Source of the DNA: Podarcis vaucheri
Lineage: Eukaryota
Assembly: GCA_965113315.1 (NCBI GenBank)
Contig: OZ220363.1
DNA length: 64,000 nt
Direction: 5' to 3' (one strand)
In this document: piece by piece, positions 60,601-64,000 of the stretch
Numbering within the stretch: position 1 is the stretch's first letter
Layout: each line of letters opens with the position of its first letter
Notes under the pieces: generated by a model
Told to the model about the DNA's origin: nothing
Databases searched by the model: none
Seen by the model: the letters and a program-made list of their open reading frames with translations, nothing else
Translations under genes and position numbers: made by a program

Positions 60601-61647
60601 GTCTTGTTCACTTACCCACAACTCACTGGTGTATTATTGTCGTTTTGGTGATAGGAACTGTTGATCCACACTATAGTGTTATTCACACATCCTTTATTCG
60701 GGTCACTAAGCTCTTGCTTCTCAATATCATATTGAATAAATGTGTCTGTCATTACCCCAAAAACAATCAACATGGCTGGCTGGGCAGCTCCATGAAGAGC
60801 AGCGCAGATGCCACCGAAAACCATCATCAGTTTCTCAGATGAAGAAGCAAATCTAAACTTTAAGTGGGGGGAAACAGACAAAGAGCATTCACAAAAAATT
60901 ATGCATTGCTCCTTTGTATATTAATGTTCCAATTGTTTTTCTTACTAACACTGGCTGAAACCCAAGGCTGCTGCTTCACTGGCAGAATGGCTTTGATCCA
61001 ACAGAGGCGGCCACTAAAATAAATGGTAGTTGTTTTCTGATCCCACCTTCCTGCTACAGTCCCTTGAGAACTGAAAATCTGTTGCAGAACCCTTGTAGGA
61101 CCCTCTAGATAAGTGCGGAAGAAGGCACAAGGGTTGTGTATGGAAGAGAGATATCAGTGCAAATCACCTCCCTTCTTTTGCATTAATAGATGCTCTTCTG
61201 AGTCAAAAGCCACTCCATGAGTGGTACTATAGCACTGGATTTCACCCAGGTGGTCGCTGTGGGTTAAACCACAGAGCCTAGGACTTGCCGATCAGAAGGT
61301 CAGCAGTTTGAATCCCCGTGACGGGGTGAGCTGCCGTTGCTCGGTCCCTGCTCCTGCCCACCTAGCAGTTTGAAAGCACGTCAAGTGCAAGTAGATAAAT
61401 AGATACTGCTCCGATGGGAAGGTAAACGGCGTTTCTGTGTGCTGCTCTGGTTCACCAGAAGCGGCTTAGTCATGCTGGCCACAAGACCCAGAAGCTGTAT
61501 GGGTAGTTGCGATTATGACGACCCTATAAGCTGGGAATCTGACCACCCTGATCTATAGAACCACAGCAGATATATGAAGTGGTGAAAAGCAACAATTTTA
61601 TTACCAACTCAAAGAAGCCAACTCGAATTTCATTCTTCTCTGATGTC
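18553..61647 (-). CDS. ABCB11: Bile salt export pump ABCB11, exons homologous to human 4-28 (5'-incomplete)
   Basis: 25 exons total 3895 nt in one frame (1 nt + 1298 codons); two TMD-NBD halves; degenerate Walker [12 protein letters not shown]; NBD2 signature LSRGQ; C-terminus [12 protein letters not shown]. Confidence 0.97.
18861..19218. mobile_element. Tc1/mariner(Tigger)-type MITE with internal gccgctaagcc tandem repeats
   Basis: TIR CAGTGGTGCCCCGCAAGA...TCTTGCGAGGCACCACTG; TA TSD. Confidence 0.8.
19265..19631 (+). mobile_element. Sauria SINE
   Basis: gtggcgctgtg...cctgccaacctagcagttcaaaagc...tttaccttt; homologous to 38446-38784. Confidence 0.8.
20056..20202 (-). CDS. ABCB11: ABCB11 exon 27 (147 bp)
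   Basis: [49 protein letters not shown]. Confidence 0.95.
20682..20888 (-). CDS. ABCB11: ABCB11 exon 26 (207 bp)
   Basis: [29 protein letters not shown]...SLPD. Confidence 0.95.
21212..21650 (+). mobile_element. Possible solo LTR or DIRS-like terminal repeat
   Basis: GC-rich island with AATAAAGTTGTGGCC (also in 44893-45699); boundaries approximate. Confidence 0.35.
21982..22170 (-). mobile_element. 5'-truncated retroposed fragment, probably L1 3' UTR
   Basis: T-rich (poly-A) end at left; 18-bp TSD gaggttgcc(a/g)gcatttta at 21964 and 22171. Confidence 0.6.
22790..22987 (-). CDS. ABCB11: ABCB11 exon 25 (198 bp; NBD2 Walker A)
   Basis: DNFRGSIEF...[25 protein letters not shown]. Confidence 0.95.
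23003..23047. repeat. (GA)n microsatellite
   Basis: Seen directly. Confidence 0.95.
24674..24890 (+). mobile_element. tRNA-derived SINE running into a gap
   Basis: tRNA-like head gtgtggtgtagtggttaagagc...gggttcg; opposite-strand copy at ~34530-34766. Confidence 0.7.
24891..25068. other. Assembly gap
   Basis: Run of N. Confidence 1.
26439..26664. mobile_element. Tc1/mariner(Tigger)-type MITE
   Basis: Same family as 6141-6366; TA TSD. Confidence 0.8.
27104..27260 (-). CDS. ABCB11: ABCB11 exon 24 (157 bp)
   Basis: [26 protein letters not shown]...GEKW. Confidence 0.95.
27564..27805 (-). CDS. ABCB11: ABCB11 exon 23 (242 bp)
   Basis: [18 protein letters not shown]...GLHYSYVFR. Confidence 0.95.
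27881..28405. other. Assembly gap
   Basis: Run of N. Confidence 1.
29655..29858 (-). CDS. ABCB11: ABCB11 exon 22 (204 bp)
   Basis: [19 protein letters not shown]...ALEATGK. Confidence 0.95.
30098..30380 (-). mobile_element. L2-type LINE 3' fragment with (AAT)n tail
   Basis: [15 protein letters not shown]...[10 protein letters not shown] is an L2-type ORF2 C-terminus; (AAT)n 30098-30147. Confidence 0.8.
31315..31476 (-). CDS. ABCB11: ABCB11 exon 21 (162 bp)
   Basis: [17 protein letters not shown]...DASQVQG. Confidence 0.95.
31582..31686 (-). CDS. ABCB11: ABCB11 exon 20 (105 bp)
   Basis: [35 protein letters not shown]. Confidence 0.93.
32072..32345 (+). mobile_element. RTE-BovB LINE 3' fragment
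   Basis: [27 protein letters not shown]...[11 protein letters not shown]; (CAA)n tail. Confidence 0.92.
32507..32725 (+). mobile_element. Probable L1 3' UTR fragment
   Basis: A-rich end; degenerate 17-bp TSD tgaaatatatttggttc/tgaaatgtatttgtttc. Confidence 0.45.
34213..34359. mobile_element. 147-bp hAT-type MITE containing TTAGGG motifs
   Basis: Perfect 17-bp TIR CAGTGGCGTAGCGTGGG; perfect 8-bp TSD gtctgtag. Confidence 0.88.
34530..34766 (-). mobile_element. tRNA-derived SINE
   Basis: Reverse-complement homolog of 24674-24890. Confidence 0.7.
36645..36809 (-). CDS. ABCB11: ABCB11 exon 19 (165 bp)
   Basis: [29 protein letters not shown]...FSQILG. Confidence 0.95.
36950..37085 (-). CDS. ABCB11: ABCB11 exon 18 (136 bp; linker)
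   Basis: [17 protein letters not shown]...[10 protein letters not shown]; donor AAG|gtcgtt keeps frame. Confidence 0.85.
37729..37792 (-). CDS. ABCB11: ABCB11 exon 17 (64 bp; NAGNAG acceptor)
   Basis: [21 protein letters not shown]; donor AG|gtaagc. Confidence 0.88.
38446..38784 (+). mobile_element. Near full-length Sauria SINE
   Basis: Typical body; perfect 13-bp TSD taccacttcaagc (38433, 38785). Confidence 0.9.
39116..39613 (+). mobile_element. 5'-truncated L1-type LINE (ORF2 C-terminus, 3' UTR, (TA)n tail)
   Basis: [26 protein letters not shown]...W..Y..YL resembles L1 ORF2 end; 20-bp TSD atggaagcagccctgagact at 39096-39115 and 44492-44511. Confidence 0.8.
39668..39705 (-). ncRNA. Minimal hammerhead-ribozyme-like motif, copy 1
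   Basis: gc-CUGAAGA-u-GACGAG-ugagac-CUCGUC-GAAAC-GUC-gc. Confidence 0.7.
39938..42658 (-). CDS. Penelope-like RT / GIY-YIG endonuclease polyprotein, intact, 906 aa
   Basis: [51 protein letters not shown]; [16 protein letters not shown]...RIAEH; no Cys-rich linker before the endonuclease. Confidence 0.95.
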   Translation of the reverse strand: MTSETSSKRRTDTLTLTREDTRRHQNLHSCTRENLRKQISHLYGEETFQLTRTYEKLEIRRATILCDLLFLRNCRDNNLTPTCFQLKFHSKTPATERILKRTELSLIRNEIHKKRYLLNQTNKDLLTLHLKLCNKIHPALWDKCKQLAVWRAETETSHKTDRHTNKLYKLEKRQKPSHPPQQPMKQTVHNISNRILTPTETKVLSKGFNFAVAPRRIPTENIICGVEASLTKIDPDEANKIRLEVTNILCSSKPPRSNLHKEEQKALTNLRKDNNIIILPADKGNATVVMNTSDYQAKLSNLLQDPTYQPIKTDPTTYLEKTTKSKIKASPISEEIQLRIIPREKSSRCPKLYGLPKIHKEGTPLRPIVSSIGSPLQNLAKFLAKQLQPYAESIASHVTNSFQFIETIKKQYLHPDDLLVSFDVVSLFTQVPINEALTAIQNKYNPPKYILDLTNHCLTNTYFIHNGQRYKQIEGAPMGSPLSPVIANLYMEHFETNALDKSEHKPKLWLRYVDDTFVIWPHGKEKLDSFLTHLNSLHPKIQFTMEIEDNNQLPFLDVLIYKKPDGSLGHTIYRKNTHTNRYLHAQSHHHPAQINSVAKTLISRTKRLADKDHLTTELQNLSNVLIANGYQKNRVTKLIQKETPPKNQDTEENNGMALLPYIKGTTDKISKILHKHNIKTAFCTNQKIANILRNPKDKIQLENQGVYEIPCKVCPATYIGQTNRRINARIAEHKNAVKKEEKTSSLFQHMKETGHEINFADSKLLFNMEHHHKRIIMEAIEIEKHPHNMNKRDDTSRLPDIWKLALPTKTDTRTRGTQNAVTNQPHQTQTQTLSTDILQTPSSSQTIVAPPDAAPPCNPYTDLAGTRHKTIARPYTRSQARAQLNAAQPSSQKNSSQAQEVKTRKL
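42629..42666 (-). ncRNA. Minimal hammerhead-ribozyme-like motif, copy 2 (overlaps ORF start codon)
   Basis: Same motif; AUG at 42658 begins at the last A of the CUGAAGA core. Confidence 0.7.
43214..44097 (+). pseudogene. Inverted 5'-truncated copy of the PLE ORF (C-terminal RT region + GIY-YIG)
   Basis: Translation identical to the C-terminal ~294 aa of the 906-aa ORF. Confidence 0.9.
44330..44367 (+). ncRNA. Minimal hammerhead-ribozyme-like motif, copy 3
   Basis: gcCTGAAGAtGACGAGtgagacCTCGTCGAAACGTCgc; predicted cleavage after 44365. Confidence 0.7.
44451..44493. repeat. (TA)n, right half of the PLE target (left half 39587-39615)
   Basis: Seen directly. Confidence 0.95.
44893..45699 (+). 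mobile_element. Probable solo LTR
   Basis: TGTTG...CGACA ends; CCAAT-box motifs; AATAAA ~45606; internal tandem tatatttagggttgttcgct; degenerate 4-bp TSD cacg/cata. Confidence 0.55.
45911..46112 (-). CDS. ABCB11: ABCB11 exon 16 (202 bp; GC donor)
   Basis: [21 protein letters not shown]...DTPVQ; donor A|gcaagt. Confidence 0.9.
47395..47463. repeat. (AAT)n-(ATT)n inverted compound microsatellite
   Basis: Seen directly. Confidence 0.9.
47501..47671 (-). CDS. ABCB11: ABCB11 exon 15 (171 bp; NBD1 signature and Walker B)
   Basis: [57 protein letters not shown]. Confidence 0.95.
48908..49111 (-). CDS. ABCB11: ABCB11 exon 14 (204 bp)
   Basis: [30 protein letters not shown]...MDLPG. Confidence 0.95.
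49421..49791 (+). mobile_element. Sauria SINE
   Basis: Typical body; 14-bp TSD tacccta(c/t)tctatg. Confidence 0.85.
49970..50344. mobile_element. hAT-type MITE with internal (TATC)n and a ~60-bp duplication
   Basis: CAGGGGT...ACCCCTG ends; perfect 8-bp TSD ctctatac. Confidence 0.85.
50504..50629 (-). CDS. ABCB11: ABCB11 exon 13 (126 bp; NBD1 Walker A)
   Basis: [27 protein letters not shown]...EGM. Confidence 0.95.
50739..50849 (-). CDS. ABCB11: ABCB11 exon 12 (111 bp)
   Basis: [37 protein letters not shown]. Confidence 0.95.
52055..52168 (-). CDS. ABCB11: ABCB11 exon 11 (114 bp)
   Basis: [38 protein letters not shown]. Confidence 0.95.
52752..53462. mobile_element. Tc1/mariner-type non-autonomous element with GC-rich internal repeats
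   Basis: TIR CCGTATTTTTCGCACCATAGGAC / GTCCTATAGAGTGAAAAATATGG; TA TSD. Confidence 0.75.
53619..53793 (-). CDS. ABCB11: ABCB11 exon 10 (175 bp)
   Basis: [24 protein letters not shown]...PGTLIQ. Confidence 0.95.
54273..54337. repeat. (GATA)n microsatellite
   Basis: Seen directly. Confidence 0.95.
54949..55073 (-). CDS. ABCB11: ABCB11 exon 9 (125 bp)
   Basis: [42 protein letters not shown]. Confidence 0.95.
56013..56184 (-). CDS. ABCB11: ABCB11 exon 8 (172 bp)
   Basis: [20 protein letters not shown]...[16 protein letters not shown]...IGL. Confidence 0.95.
57598..57731 (-). CDS. ABCB11: ABCB11 exon 7 (134 bp)
   Basis: [44 protein letters not shown]. Confidence 0.95.
58866..58953 (-). CDS. 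ABCB11: ABCB11 exon 6 (88 bp)
   Basis: [29 protein letters not shown]. Confidence 0.95.
60095..60318. mobile_element. Tc1/mariner(Tigger)-type MITE
   Basis: Same family as 6141-6366; TA TSD. Confidence 0.8.
60616..60857 (-). CDS. ABCB11: ABCB11 exon 5 (242 bp)
   Basis: [27 protein letters not shown]...[12 protein letters not shown]...SCG. Confidence 0.95.
61248..61500 (+). mobile_element. Sauria SINE, 3'-truncated
   Basis: gctgtgggttaaaccacagagcctaggacttgccgatcagaagg... Confidence 0.85.
61605..61647 (-). CDS. ABCB11: ABCB11 exon 4 homolog (43 bp)
   Basis: [14 protein letters not shown] (human RVGFFQL); aacag| and |gtaata. Confidence 0.88.
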
Positions 61648-62900
61648 CTGTTTAAAAAAGAAAGAAAGCAAAATGTGTTGTATTATGAAAGTTGTATTCT
61701 TTCCCCCAGATATGCTAGGAATCAAATCCCTTTTGTTGGATTGCCTAGTGGAAGAACCTCTTCACAGTGCCAAAGAAGTCTATGTGTAAAGGCAGCTCCA
61801 TCCTACCAGTAGCAGCCTCTTCCCCCCACCACTGAATCAATCCAAGACAGTCAAGAATTCTCCAGTATTTTCACTCACACACTGCTCTTGAGACGTCCAG
61901 TTTCACGGCATGTTCCCTAAGTGGTGTTTTACAGATGCTGGACTACAGGAGCATATCTCAAAAGCCCCCCTCGTGTAATCGATATTGTCTGGTGTTATAA
62001 CAAAACATTTGCAAAAATAGCATATAATTTCCTTGACAAATTAAAGGGGACTCTTGTTATTCTAGATCCAGCCATAACTTAGGCCCCAAAAGAAGAAGAG
62101 TGAGCATAGTACAGAAGGCAAGGCGGTTCTTGGAACAATGAGGCAGAGATGGGAGAGGCTGGCAGATTAATCTGAGGGATAAATTTGTGCTGCCTGAAGA
62201 GTTACAAGCTGTGGTTTGTTATTGCTGTCATTGAACCACCCATATACTTGCACGGCATCAATACTTGCATTGAAAACACAAACAAACACCCACACCCAAT
62301 ATATTCTGACAGAATTTACCACACATTATGCACCAATCTGTATTGCCCTGCCCAATGATGAAGTGAATCTTCTGCACTTGAGCAGAAATATTACATAGAA
62401 GCAGGGCTCCGAGCCCGCTCCCCACCAGAATTCAGTTCCGGCCCCTCTCAGGTGGGCGCCATTGCCATTATAAGAGCACAAGGGAGGTGTTCATAGTGAG
62501 TTCCAGCACTTCTTTTTTTCTAGAAAAATAGCACTTGGTAGAAGGGAAGTGGAAAAGAATCTTATTGCCACCATCCATCTGGATGATACAGATGATTAAA
62601 GTATTAAGTTGTTGGTTACACACACACACACACACAGACACACACAGACACACACACACCATGGTAAATGATTACCTGTCTTACACAGTGGCATGAAGTG
62701 GGTCTTGTGAGGTAGAAAGTGAGGTATGTGAGTGCACGATGGGGTCTTTGTAAAGAAGGAGTTTCTAGAAATAGGTTCATGCTGGGTTATTACATTTCGG
62801 GACTGACGTGTTGCATTTCCTTATTACATAAGAGCCCCACAAGATCAGAGCAAAGGCCAGACCTAGTCCAGCACCCAGTTTCCAACAGATTTAAGGGGTG

Positions 62901-63237
62901 ATATGATAGCCATGTTCAAATATATAAAAGGATGTCACATAGAGGAGGGAGAAAGGTTGTTTTCTGCTGCTCCAGAGAAGCGGACACGGAGCAATGGATC
63001 CAAACTACGAGAAAGAAGATTCCACCTAAACATTAGGAAGAACTTCCTGACAGTAAGAGCTGTTTGACAGTGGAATTTGCTGCCAAGGAGCGTGGTGGAG
63101 TCTCCTACTTTGGAGGTCTTTAAGCAGAGGCTTGACAACCATATGTCAGGAGTGCTCTGATGGTGTTTCCTGCTTGGCAGGGGGTTGGACTCGATGGCCC
63201 TTGTGGTCTCTTCCAACTCTATGATTCTATGATTCTA
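62901..63237 (+). mobile_element. CR1 LINE 3' fragment
   Basis: ...aggaagaacttcctgacagtaagagctgtt...; (TATGATTC)n-type tail. Confidence 0.9.
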
Positions 63238-63543
63238 GATACATTTGGTGAGCCCACCAACAGGACACAAGGGGGCAATAACCCTTTCTCACACACAGTT
63301 CCTCCCCATCATGATCTTGGCCACAATTTACAACCATTATGGCTAGCAGCCAGTTAATAGCCCTAGCCTCCGTGAATTATTTGTCTAATTCCATTTGAAA
63401 ACTGTCTGAAGGATGGTTGTCAGCACACCTTGTCACAGAGATTTTGCCTCCTTTACCACCCTCTGTCACTCCTGCAAAGTTTAGCAGAATGAATGAATGG
63501 GCCCGGCAATTATCCTGATAGAAGAGTAACCAGCTTAACTTAC

Positions 63544-63597
63544 TTGTTCCCTTTTGTATTGTTCTTTGAAGAAGTTTCCTTTTTATTATGGAAATAC
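63544..63597 (-). CDS. ABCB11: Candidate additional ABCB11 N-terminal exon (54 bp, phase 2-2)
   Basis: ttgcctttcacag|G TAT TTC...AAC AA|gtaagt; open in the exon-4 frame (YFHNKKETSSKNNTKGNK). Confidence 0.6.
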
Positions 63598-64000
63598 CTG
63601 TGAAAGGCAAGGCAATATCCATGTGAGTACTCTTAAGGGGCCTATTCCCATGCACTTCCATTCAAATTTATTTTATCTATCAAAATGTATGTTATCATCT
63701 TGGGACATTGTTATGGCTTCAGTTACAACAGGACTGTCATTTTGAAAAGAGGCATTTGAAATACAAGGAACTGGACTTTATTTTTAACAGACTTGAAATC
63801 CGCCCCCTTAAAAAGTAGATTACAACAAAGGTTCTAAAAAGCTCTATTCCTTCAACAGGTCTGATTTTTGTGCCCTTCTGATACCATTAGTCCCCAGGAC
63901 AACCCATCCCCATTGCTGTTCTCTTCACATTTCTGCACCAATTTATGACTGTAAAAAATAATGCACCTGCATTTTAGTGCAAATTTCTCCCAATGAACAC

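Noticed and set aside
62676-62764. Exon-like segment on - strand (ag...CAG|gtaatc)
   Set aside because: No phase combination fits between the 54-bp candidate exon and exon 4 without a stop or frameshift

Overview
Vertebrate genomic DNA, most likely a squamate reptile and probably a lacertid lizard (Sauria SINEs, BovB, CR1, L2, many hAT/Tc1-mariner MITEs; two N-gaps). Two convergent genes are present. G6PC2 is complete (+, 5 exons, 7749-12921, 355 aa). ABCB11/BSEP (-) is represented by exons homologous to human 4-28 in one open frame (61647-18553), plus a candidate extra 54-bp exon; its 5' end lies beyond the window. The window opens with the 3' end of an ERV (truncated env, PPT, 669-bp LTR). 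The most striking feature is in ABCB11 intron 16, which has a GC donor: a young, intact Penelope-like element (906-aa RT + GIY-YIG ORF) in a partial-tandem plus inverted arrangement, inserted into the (TA)n tail of an older L1 fragment whose 20-bp TSD brackets the whole nest. The element carries three copies of a minimal hammerhead-ribozyme-like motif that contains the ORF's start codon. Two copies lie 2961 nt apart, sense to the host pre-mRNA. Exon numbering and comparisons to human rest on recalled human gene structure, not a database search.
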